Positions 1 to 7,924 of a stretch of DNA of 58,066 nucleotides are shown one piece after another. The notes below the pieces were generated by a model. It did not search any database. It was not told the origin of the DNA and worked only from the letters and a program-made list of their open reading frames with translations. The stretch's first letter is position 1. Every line of letters starts with the position of its first letter. The DNA lies in the NCBI GenBank assembly GCA_964457905.1, contig CAYWGA010000005.1, positions 1-58,066 on the forward strand, given 5' to 3'. The stretch is from an uncultured bacterium. GTDB taxonomy: Bacteria > Krumholzibacteriota > Krumholzibacteriia > Krumholzibacteriales > Krumholzibacteriaceae. A program made the translations under genes and the position numbers.

Positions 1-31
1 GGGCGAAATCAGTTACAGCGATGAGTCGGTA

Positions 32-1408
32 ATGCCTCAGGGCAAGATGGGCGAACGGATCAAGTCGATCATCAAAACCGTCAATTCAAATGATCCCGAT
101 ATGATACGCCGTTTCATGAACGAGGAATGTACCGGGGACTTCCGGAATTTCGCGCCGATGGAAAGGCACATCGCAGTCTGGCGCAGCGTGTTTATGGAAA
201 CCGGCGGACTGGATTTCCACAGTATCCGAACCTATGTCCCGGAGAGAAAAGAAGAGACCGTCGTGATCCTGAAGGACCGGTACTTCGGAGGCTGGCATGG
301 CCTTGTTATCAGTTTTGAAGACAAAAAGGAATACCTCGCGACAGGAATCCAGTTCACTCCTGCCCGCACACCTTCAAATGTCGAAGAGGGCCCGCTCACA
401 GAGGGTCAGTTTCTTACGCAGGCCGAAGAGTTGATGGATGGCCTGATAGGGCGCGGCATCTTTTCAGGAACTATACTCGTCGCCAGGGGCGACAAGGTCC
501 TTCTTGAACGGGTCGGCGGCGAAGCAAGCAAGAGATTCCATGTGGCAAACAGGATCGACACGAAGTTCAACATCGGCTCGATGAACAAGATGTTCACCTC
601 CACAGCGATCGTCCAGCTCGAGGAAAAGGGAAAACTCTCCTTCGACGATCCGATCAGTAAATACGTCGATGAATCCTGGCTTCCCGGCGAGATCACTTCG
701 AAGGTCACGGTCCACCACCTTCTTACTCATACCTCCGGGCTGGGCAGCTACTTCAACGAGACCTACGTGAATGGCTCGCGCGCACTATGGCGCGACGTCG
801 AAGACTTCAAGCCCCTTGTCAGGGATGATGAGCTGGCGTTTGAACCAGGCGAAGGCTGGCGCTACAGTAATACCGGCATGCTGCTGCTTGGTGTCGTGAT
901 CGAGAGCGTTACCGGCGAGAGCTACTTCGACTACATCCGACAGAATATATATGGAATCGCTGGAATGAAGAACAGTGACAGCTATGAGATGGATTACCCG
1001 GTCGAGAACCTCGCCATCGGATACAGCCCCGCTCCCGGGAGCGAATACGGCTGGCAGAACAATTACTTCAAGCACGTGATCAAGGGCGGCCCGGCAGGCG
1101 GCGGTTTTTCGACTGTAGTAGATCTGCACAGGTTCGCTCTTTCCATGCTGGGCGGCAAGCTCGTTTCAAAGGAATCTCTCGAGATCATGTGGAACGTTCA
1201 GGGCGGTGAGAGCTACGGCTATGGATTCGGTATCGATAAAGGTCCCTGGGGCAAGGTCGTCGGACACAGCGGCGGGTTTGACGGAATAAACGGGAACCTC
1301 GACATATTCGTGGACAAGGGATATATCGTTGCCGTGCTCTCGAACGTCGATAACGGCGCGAGCCCTCTCGCGAACAGGATCAACGAACTGGTCAAGAGAA
1401 TCGAATGA
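32..1408 (+). CDS. Serine hydrolase of the beta-lactamase/penicillin-binding-protein fold (class C-like), possibly 5'-truncated by the window edge
   Basis: 458-aa ORF. SxxK in FNIGSMNKMFTS, YxN in WRYSNTGMLLLG and H-S-G (KTG-equivalent) in VVGHSGGFDG occur in canonical order. The frame stays open from nt 2 to the ATG at 32, so the true N-terminus or signal peptide may lie outside the window. Confidence 0.85.
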   Translation: MPQGKMGERIKSIIKTVNSNDPDMIRRFMNEECTGDFRNFAPMERHIAVWRSVFMETGGLDFHSIRTYVPERKEETVVILKDRYFGGWHGLVISFEDKKEYLATGIQFTPARTPSNVEEGPLTEGQFLTQAEELMDGLIGRGIFSGTILVARGDKVLLERVGGEASKRFHVANRIDTKFNIGSMNKMFTSTAIVQLEEKGKLSFDDPISKYVDESWLPGEITSKVTVHHLLTHTSGLGSYFNETYVNGSRALWRDVEDFKPLVRDDELAFEPGEGWRYSNTGMLLLGVVIESVTGESYFDYIRQNIYGIAGMKNSDSYEMDYPVENLAIGYSPAPGSEYGWQNNYFKHVIKGGPAGGGFSTVVDLHRFALSMLGGKLVSKESLEIMWNVQGGESYGYGFGIDKGPWGKVVGHSGGFDGINGNLDIFVDKGYIVAVLSNVDNGASPLANRINELVKRIE

Positions 1409-1414
1409 AAAAAA

Positions 1415-1444
1415 GGACCGGGGAGGAATCAACCTCCCCGGTCC
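1415..1444. terminator. Hairpin between convergent genes (bidirectional terminator candidate)
   Basis: Perfect 12-bp inverted repeat GGACCGGGGAGG-aatcaa-CCTCCCCGGTCC, directly after the + strand stop (1406-1408). It is preceded by an A-run on the + strand, which gives a U-run for the minus-strand gene ending at 1480. Confidence 0.6.
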
Positions 1445-1479
1445 GTGTGAACTTACCCGGCTCTATGTTTAAAGTGCGA

Positions 1480-2220
1480 TTACTCGCTCAGCTTCCCCTC
1501 ACAGTCCGGACGGAGCTCCTGCAGAGCAGCGTACTGCTCGGGAGTCAGGATGGCCTGAAGCGCCGCGTCGAATTCGGCGCGCAGCACCTCGGCGGCCTCT
1601 TTGGCCTCGTCCAGTGTCATCGTTTCCGCTTTGACCTGATCGTGAAGATCATGTATCCCGCTGCGGAATGTCGCCAGGGCCTCGAGGACGGCAGCTGTCT
1701 GGTCCTCGTCGGCACCTATCTCGACCAGCCAGGCATCCCAGCGGTCGTTGGCGTTACGGTGACCGATCTTCCGGTCCTTTTTGTTCTGACGCATCTGCTG
1801 GAGCAGGTCATACTGCTCGGGAGTGAGAATAAGCTGAAGCTCTGCTTCAAACGCCTCGCGAAGGACAGTTACCTGCTCCCTCGCATCCTCACAGGTCAGC
1901 TCGTCGGCCGCGACCTGATCCTTGATCGCCGCTACACCCTCGCGGAACTCGGTGTAAGCCGCGAGAAGGGCTGCCTTCTGATCCTCATCGAGACCGAGGA
2001 CCTCGGCCAGCCTGTCGATCCTAGTGCCCGGATCGGGGGGCGTATACTCCATCGTCGAATTCAGGACACCGTCAAGCGGGTCCTCTGTCATAAATACTTC
2101 TGTTCCGGGCGTTTCCACTCCGGTCAGATCCGTCTCATCGCTGCAACCGGTGAGTGCCACAGCGGCCATGATGCCCAGTACCATGATAATCCTGGTCATC
2201 GCTCCATGATGAAATTTCAC
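1480..2220 (-). CDS. Periplasmic LTXXQ-motif (Spy/CpxP-family-like) lipoprotein
   Basis: 246 aa with lipoprotein signal ...AAVALTGC|SDE. Two internal helical repeats each carry LTPEQY (LILTPEQYDLLQQMR and AILTPEQYAALQELR), the LTXXQ signature. Composition is E/A/L-rich. Confidence 0.7.
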   Translation of the reverse strand: MKFHHGAMTRIIMVLGIMAAVALTGCSDETDLTGVETPGTEVFMTEDPLDGVLNSTMEYTPPDPGTRIDRLAEVLGLDEDQKAALLAAYTEFREGVAAIKDQVAADELTCEDAREQVTVLREAFEAELQLILTPEQYDLLQQMRQNKKDRKIGHRNANDRWDAWLVEIGADEDQTAAVLEALATFRSGIHDLHDQVKAETMTLDEAKEAAEVLRAEFDAALQAILTPEQYAALQELRPDCEGKLSE

Positions 2221-2444
2221 TTCGATTCTCCTTCCAATGCTCTGTGACTATAGGGGCTACCATCTGATTACTATCGCAATCGATATGCCACCATTCCAGG
2301 ATCAAGGCCGTTGCCGCTAACACATTGGAATTGTGCATGTTACAAGCATGTTGGAAGTGGGTCACGAATGCTGGCACCTGAAAATATGTACCTGCAGGGA
2401 CAGTTTCATCTTTGAGGCTGTACCATTCGGGCCACAACCATGCG

Positions 2445-2475
2445 TTGACAGAAGAAAATGGCGGGAACATATTTA
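2445..2475 (+). promoter_or_regulatory. Sigma70-like promoter candidate for the 757-aa lipoprotein gene
   Basis: TTGACA at 2445-2450, then an A/T-rich -10-like stretch (catatttaaat) 17-19 nt downstream, about 25 nt before the ATG at 2501. Confidence 0.3.
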
Positions 2476-2500
2476 AATTAAGTTCCTTGGGGGGGCCTCA

Positions 2501-4774
2501 ATGCGATCACCGGCAAATCATATCTTAAGGATCAGCCTCGCGGCGATCCTCGCTGTCGCAGCTATCCTGCTGGCCGGTTGTTCCGGTTCGGATGTATTCA
2601 CGGGAGAGATAAAGGAAAACGTCCGCCCCACGCTGGAGCTGACAAATGCCCCTGTCGAGGGGGATACTGCCAGGTATGCCGTTCATTTTTTCTGGATCGG
2701 CGAGGACGAGGACGGCACGGTCGATCATTATGAGCTCTGCATGGTCGAGGGGGACCCGATAGGTTTCGACCCCGCCGACACGGTCGGGGCCTGGGGCCGT
2801 ACGGAGATGACAGACAGTCTTTTCACTGTCACCGCTGACGAATATGACCGCGACGTCGAGATCAACCATAGCCTCTACGCCAAGTTCAAGAAGACACATA
2901 CCTTCTTTATCAGGGCCATCGACGACAGGGGCGCTGCCTCTGAGGTCGTGTACAGGTCGTTTACCGCATACACCCTGGCTCCCTACCTGGTCATTGATTA
3001 CCCCGAAGCGGTCAATCTGGGAATAGGAATCGAGCGGCTGTGCTCGATCACGACATTCAAGTGGTACGGCAGGGATCCGATTGATGCGCCATGGAACTAC
3101 CAGGATGTCGACTCGGTCAGGTATCTCTATGCCTTCTACTCCACCGGTATCATCGAAGCCCTCAACAGAACCCCGGGAGAATTCGAGCATCTGTGGAGCG
3201 ACTGGGCCTGGTATCATGCCGAAGGCGATTCAGGAAAGCAGACGACACTCGGGGATGACGAGCTGCTGGAGACGAACAGGGCATACATCTTTGCCGTACA
3301 GGCGAAAGACGAAGCGGGCGCAGTATCATCGATATTCAGCAAAACGACGAATGTCCGGCACTTCATGCCGATGACGCCTACCGGGCCCGTTCTTAATGTC
3401 ACCGAACCGTACCTCGGGTCGTTTTCCTTCCTCGGTGTCGATTTCAATCCGGCACTGACCAAGGTCCCGCCCGGCTTCGAGATGAACTGGACATGGACGG
3501 GCGATGCGAGCAGCTACGGGGCCGTCATCCAGTCATTCAGGTATGGATGGGATGTCGCCGATCTCAACGACCCCAGGGAATGGGACGTATTTCCGAGCCC
3601 GGCGGAAACTATCGCCAGGCCGAAGATGTATTACTCGGGCATCCATACGCTGTACGTCGAATCGGTCGACAACCTCGGCACCAGGACCCTCGGCACTGTC
3701 GAAGTGACAGTGATACCGGTCGTGATGACGAGGGACCTGCTCTGGGTCGACGACTTCCCCTCGCTCGATTTTGCCCAGATGATATACGCATTCCCGACAG
3801 AGTCCGAGCATGACGAGTTCTGGAGGGACATCTGCCTGAAGGTCGAGGGTTTCAATCCATACAGTGATATCTATGACGTCAAGGACAACGACTACTACAG
3901 GCCTCCGATGGAACTGATCTTCAAATACAAGAATGTGATCTGGTCCTTCTCGAAGGCGACCGATCCGGCGGCAGGGAGCGTATGGAACCGCATTGTCTAT
4001 TGGTCACCGCCGGAAGGCCGGTGGAAGCCGGGCACTGAGGATAACAAGCTCACTGTGAACTACCTCACATACTATCTCGCTTTCGGAGGCCATCTGTGGA
4101 CCGTCGGCGAGGGCCACAGGAGCGCAAGCCTCGCCGCCTGTATTTTGAACAATCGATTCCCGCTCTATATAAAGTGTGAGTGGTTGACGCAAAGCGATGG
4201 CTACTGCCACGACACGTTAGGTGTAAACACCATGGCCTGGCGTGATTTCTGCGTCTCATCCCTCGACAAGGTCGAGGGGCTCTTCCCCAAGACCCATCTG
4301 GGGGTCAGAAACAGCGACTATGACGCGATGAGGCATGCATACCTCGATGATTCCGATCCGCTGATAGCCGGCATGCCGGACCTTCCGCGCAGGCTCGAGC
4401 TCTGGCACAAGTGCACAGACACGGGCATGTTCTTCAATCCATGGGTGCGTGGATTTCTATATGTCGAATTTTACGACCCGGAGTATTTCATGAATTATCT
4501 CGGCAAAGGATCAAAGTCATGCTTCCACCCGATGTACCGCTCCACACCGATGAATACCCGGTCCGTCGTCACTGACGCCACAGTCGCGTTCTGGTATACA
4601 AGGTACGCCGATGTCGTGGCGATGCCGCCCGGCTGCGTCGCCGCCCCGAGCGTGCACCTCGGATTCCCCCTATGGTTCTTCAACCGGGCACAGGCTGACT
4701 CCCTGGCGACTGCGATATTCCATACGTGGCAGCTGCCCCTCGTGGCGGACCAGGTCCAGATGGATATGGATTAA
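2501..4774 (+). CDS. Large lipoprotein of unknown function; its C-terminal half resembles the VDDF module of the giant paralogues
   Basis: 757 aa with a perfect lipobox ILLAGC|SGS. I recognise no catalytic motif. LLWVDDFP ... DIYDV ... YKNVIWSFS ... GGHLWTVGEG occur in the same order as the C-proximal module of GP1-GP6. The stop overlaps the convergent gene's stop by 4 nt. Confidence 0.8.
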   Translation: MRSPANHILRISLAAILAVAAILLAGCSGSDVFTGEIKENVRPTLELTNAPVEGDTARYAVHFFWIGEDEDGTVDHYELCMVEGDPIGFDPADTVGAWGRTEMTDSLFTVTADEYDRDVEINHSLYAKFKKTHTFFIRAIDDRGAASEVVYRSFTAYTLAPYLVIDYPEAVNLGIGIERLCSITTFKWYGRDPIDAPWNYQDVDSVRYLYAFYSTGIIEALNRTPGEFEHLWSDWAWYHAEGDSGKQTTLGDDELLETNRAYIFAVQAKDEAGAVSSIFSKTTNVRHFMPMTPTGPVLNVTEPYLGSFSFLGVDFNPALTKVPPGFEMNWTWTGDASSYGAVIQSFRYGWDVADLNDPREWDVFPSPAETIARPKMYYSGIHTLYVESVDNLGTRTLGTVEVTVIPVVMTRDLLWVDDFPSLDFAQMIYAFPTESEHDEFWRDICLKVEGFNPYSDIYDVKDNDYYRPPMELIFKYKNVIWSFSKATDPAAGSVWNRIVYWSPPEGRWKPGTEDNKLTVNYLTYYLAFGGHLWTVGEGHRSASLAACILNNRFPLYIKCEWLTQSDGYCHDTLGVNTMAWRDFCVSSLDKVEGLFPKTHLGVRNSDYDAMRHAYLDDSDPLIAGMPDLPRRLELWHKCTDTGMFFNPWVRGFLYVEFYDPEYFMNYLGKGSKSCFHPMYRSTPMNTRSVVTDATVAFWYTRYADVVAMPPGCVAAPSVHLGFPLWFFNRAQADSLATAIFHTWQLPLVADQVQMDMD

Positions 4775-5892
4775 ATTTTCACGAAGATCTTCTTTTTGTA
4801 CAGCGGCAGCATGCAGAGATACATCACGATGATAAAGGCGATGGCGAAGGCGAGGGACGCGTTCAGGTCGCCCAGCCAGGAAGTGAAAAGATTGGCATAG
4901 ATCCATGTCTTCAGGGTCACCGCGGCTCCGTCAGCGCCAGTGACCTTTATCGTGTAGAGAAGTCTCGCCGTGATTCCAGCCAGCACGTAGAGCGCGATCG
5001 CGTTCATACCGAAGACTCTCGCCGGTTGTGCCCACCTCTTCCATCCGCGTACGTCGACGACGTAATAGATGATGCCCAGGCAGATTGACGCAAGGCCAGC
5101 CATAAAGAGGGCATATGAGCTGGTCCAGAGGCTCTTGTTGATCGGCAGCCACACGTTCCACAAAACACATGTAGGCACCGCCGCAACACCGACAGCCAGG
5201 AGTCGGGACGTCTTTTCCTGCGGTGTTCTGTCGCTTCGCAGCCAGTGTCCTGCAAGTACACCGAACAGTGTCGTTGAGATTGCGGGAATAGTGCTGACGA
5301 TCCCCTCCGGATCCCACGTCTTTGTCACTCTCCACATATGACCTGTCAGGAACTGGCCGTCCACCCATGCGGCCAGGTTGTTTCCTTTCTCGTACAGTCC
5401 TGCGCCAGCTCCCGGAACAGGTATCCATTCCATTACGGCCCAGTAGAGAAGCAACAAACCGATCGCCCAGGCGAGCTGGCCCTTCCACTTCGAGTTCATA
5501 AAGATCACAGCTGTGATGAGATAGCAGATCGCTATCCTCTGCAGTACGCCGGGTACTCGCAGGGTGGACATCTCAAAATGAGGGAACGCGTTGAGGAAAA
5601 GGCCGAGGCCGAACAGTATAGCCGCGCGGCGGATTATCTTTATGTAGAGGGCTCGCCTGCTGGATTCTGCTTCAACTGCCCTACCGAATGAAAAGGCGAT
5701 CGCCACACCAACGATGAACAGGAAGAACGGGAAGACCGTATCGGCGAATGTCCAGCCGTGCCATGCGGCGTGACGCAGCGGGGCGTATATATGGCTCCAG
5801 CTTCCGGGATTGTTCACCAGGACCATGGAAGCGATGACGAGTCCACGAAAGACGTCCAGAGAGATGAGGCGGGTTGGTCGGTCCCTGTCCAC
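4771..5892 (-). CDS. Integral-membrane acyltransferase, heparan-alpha-glucosaminide N-acetyltransferase-like (DUF5009/DUF1624, COG4299)
   Basis: 373 aa with many hydrophobic segments. The N-terminal signature RLISLDVFRGLVIASMVLVNNPGSW ... HAAWHGWTFADTVFPFFLFIVGVA is typical of this family. Confidence 0.8.
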   Translation of the reverse strand: MDRDRPTRLISLDVFRGLVIASMVLVNNPGSWSHIYAPLRHAAWHGWTFADTVFPFFLFIVGVAIAFSFGRAVEAESSRRALYIKIIRRAAILFGLGLFLNAFPHFEMSTLRVPGVLQRIAICYLITAVIFMNSKWKGQLAWAIGLLLLYWAVMEWIPVPGAGAGLYEKGNNLAAWVDGQFLTGHMWRVTKTWDPEGIVSTIPAISTTLFGVLAGHWLRSDRTPQEKTSRLLAVGVAAVPTCVLWNVWLPINKSLWTSSYALFMAGLASICLGIIYYVVDVRGWKRWAQPARVFGMNAIALYVLAGITARLLYTIKVTGADGAAVTLKTWIYANLFTSWLGDLNASLAFAIAFIIVMYLCMLPLYKKKIFVKI

Positions 5893-5939
5893 GATTTCCC
5901 TTCGATAACGGATGCCGCGTGAAAAGGGCCTGCTTTTTG

Positions 5940-6653
5940 TTACTCTCCCTCACCAAATCCCCACTGCAGCCCCACCGACACTGCCGGCTCCTCCATCTCG
6001 AGATAGTAGCCCGACAGCATCAGCCACTCGGTCGGAAACAACGATACACCGACATGCGAGTTGATTCCATCATAGATGTAGAACGGGCTGACTACCTCAT
6101 AGAACTTCATCGCGACTGTGGCCAGGAGCCAGTTCTCCTCGAAGTCGGGGATATCGGTCGCATATCCGCCGACAAGACTGATCTCGAAGCGTTCTTCGAC
6201 GATATCCAGCGTCTTTACGAGCTGGACAAATGCTGACTGGTCGCTCCCTCCCACCTGCACACTTCCGGTACCGAGGATCAGTCCCGGACGCCATCCGTCC
6301 GGGTCCTGCCCTATCGGCTCCACACGGAGACTCCAGATGATCTCATCCTCCCCGTCCTCCGCTGCCACCGCGTAGCCGATCCCGGCATCCATCCAGGAGA
6401 AGAGCCCGTAGCGGAGGTTGAAAACGGCCCGCTCCTCTTCGCCCTGAGGGATATACATCCCCGAGAGAAAAAGTGTCTTCGGCGGGATCAGGTCGCCGAT
6501 GAACTTTCCCGAACAGGCAGGGCAACCCGGGCCGCATTGCGCATCGGCGGTCCCTGCTGACGCCATAGCGATCAGTATCGACATGAGGATTATCGTTATC
6601 TTGATTCTGATATGCTGCTCCTTTGCCCGCTGGCTGCCCTGTTTACCACACAT
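5940..6653 (-). CDS. Secreted/outer-membrane hypothetical protein with N-terminal CxxxCxxC motif
   Basis: 237-aa ORF 47 nt downstream of, and co-oriented with, the acyltransferase gene. Hydrophobic signal-like segment IKITIILMSILIAMASAGTADA, then QCGPGCPACSG. The rest alternates aromatic, Gly and polar residues (beta-barrel-like). The true start is uncertain. Confidence 0.55.
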   Translation of the reverse strand: MCGKQGSQRAKEQHIRIKITIILMSILIAMASAGTADAQCGPGCPACSGKFIGDLIPPKTLFLSGMYIPQGEEERAVFNLRYGLFSWMDAGIGYAVAAEDGEDEIIWSLRVEPIGQDPDGWRPGLILGTGSVQVGGSDQSAFVQLVKTLDIVEERFEISLVGGYATDIPDFEENWLLATVAMKFYEVVSPFYIYDGINSHVGVSLFPTEWLMLSGYYLEMEEPAVSVGLQWGFGEGE

Positions 6654-6735
6654 GATAATTACTTACTGTTTTTGTAAGTATAGCAGGGTTCAGCTGATTT
6701 TACTAATGCTGCACGCTCTCCCAGCGGGAATTTAC

Positions 6736-6764
6736 TTCATTATCGCCGATATTTTTTGTATAAT
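6736..6764 (+). promoter_or_regulatory. Extended -10 promoter candidate for the beta-helix gene
   Basis: TGTATAAT (TG at 6757-6758, TATAAT at 6759-6764). A weak -35 TTCATT lies 17 nt upstream. AGGAGA Shine-Dalgarno lies before the ATG at 6818. Confidence 0.4.
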
Positions 6765-6817
6765 CGCCATCGGCAATAGAGGGGTTTAAAACCAATTCAA
6801 ATCATTAGGAGACAGGC

Positions 6818-7867
6818 ATGATTCTGCGAGCACTGCTGATTCTTGTTATTACAGTGAGTTCGATCCTTGCCGCTGGCACTGCCAGCGCCGACACCTTCCG
6901 CGTCCCGAGTGTATACGCCGACATCCAGGCCGGCATCGACGCTGCCGCCGCAGGCGACACCGTGCTCGTAGCTCCTGGAACATATACCGGGCCGAACAAC
7001 AAAGAGATCTCCTTCGGCGGAATAAACATGGTCGTCATATCCGAGGCTGGCGCCGAGGCCACGATCATCGACTGTGAAGGATCAGGTATCGCATTCAATA
7101 TCTATGAAGGCGAGGACTCGACATCCGTTATATACGGCTTCACGGTAACTAACGGAAGCGGCGGCAACGGGGGCGGCATAGTGGTCCACCATGCGGCAAC
7201 GACTGTCGAGAACTGCCTCCTTCTTAACAATGTCGCGTCTATGAACGGCGGCGGCATGTATTACGGATACGCGCCTTCAAAGGGCTATATCAGAAACTGC
7301 ATCTTCATTGGAAACTCATGCCCCTTCCGCGGTGGCGGGATCGAGTTCGATGCGGGATACGATCCCTATGTCCCGCCCGTTATCAGCGGCTGCGTATTCT
7401 ACGGCAATGAAGCAAGTACCGGGGCCTCATATGGCGGCGGCGCTATTTACTCCAACGGTTCCAGGGTATTAATCACGGGATGCACAATAACCGGGAATGC
7501 GGGCAATGCGGGTGCGGGCGGGATTCACGCGTACGAATCGCCAGTCACTGTCAGAAACTCGATCATCGCCTTCAATACTGGTGGTGCGGGCATGACCTAC
7601 GCGGACGTGGACCACTGCATCCACTATGGAAATGAGGGAACGGACACCTTCTCTAACGCGTCGCCCGATAATCTCATCGCCGATCCGCTGTTCTGCGACC
7701 GGGCGAGCTGGATTCTGACGCTGTGCAACAATTCCCCCTGTCTCCCCGGCTCTCCCGAGAACCCATGGGGCGAGCACGTTGGAACTTACGGAGCCGGCTG
7801 CGAAGCCTGCGCGTCAGGCACGGAGGAGCGCAGCTGGGGTTCGATCAAGAAAATGCACGAAAGATAG
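6818..7867 (+). CDS. Secreted right-handed parallel beta-helix (pectin-lyase-fold) repeat protein
   Basis: 349 aa with a signal peptide ending TASA|DT. N-terminal YADIQAGIDAAAAGDTVLVAPGTYTG. Repeated N/G-rich coils follow (NGSGGNGGGIVV, NNVASMNGGGMYY, GNSCPFRGGGIEF, GNAGNAGAGGIHA). Confidence 0.8.
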   Translation: MILRALLILVITVSSILAAGTASADTFRVPSVYADIQAGIDAAAAGDTVLVAPGTYTGPNNKEISFGGINMVVISEAGAEATIIDCEGSGIAFNIYEGEDSTSVIYGFTVTNGSGGNGGGIVVHHAATTVENCLLLNNVASMNGGGMYYGYAPSKGYIRNCIFIGNSCPFRGGGIEFDAGYDPYVPPVISGCVFYGNEASTGASYGGGAIYSNGSRVLITGCTITGNAGNAGAGGIHAYESPVTVRNSIIAFNTGGAGMTYADVDHCIHYGNEGTDTFSNASPDNLIADPLFCDRASWILTLCNNSPCLPGSPENPWGEHVGTYGAGCEACASGTEERSWGSIKKMHER

Positions 7868-7924
7868 CAGCGGAGCGCCGGGCGTCCGCCTTGACTACCC
7901 TCCCCTGCGGAGTTATCTTTAAGC

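Noticed and set aside
2135-2470. 111-aa minus-strand ORF spanning the 2221-2500 intergenic region
   Set aside because: It overlaps the start of the LTXXQ gene, has no SD or signal features and an odd W/H-rich composition. The region is better explained as a divergent promoter spacer.
2489-2495. G7 homopolymer 5 nt upstream of the lipoprotein ATG as a possible phase-variation tract
   Set aside because: Seven G's is short for slipped-strand switching, and here it most simply serves as the SD-like element. There is no evidence of length heterogeneity from a single sequence.
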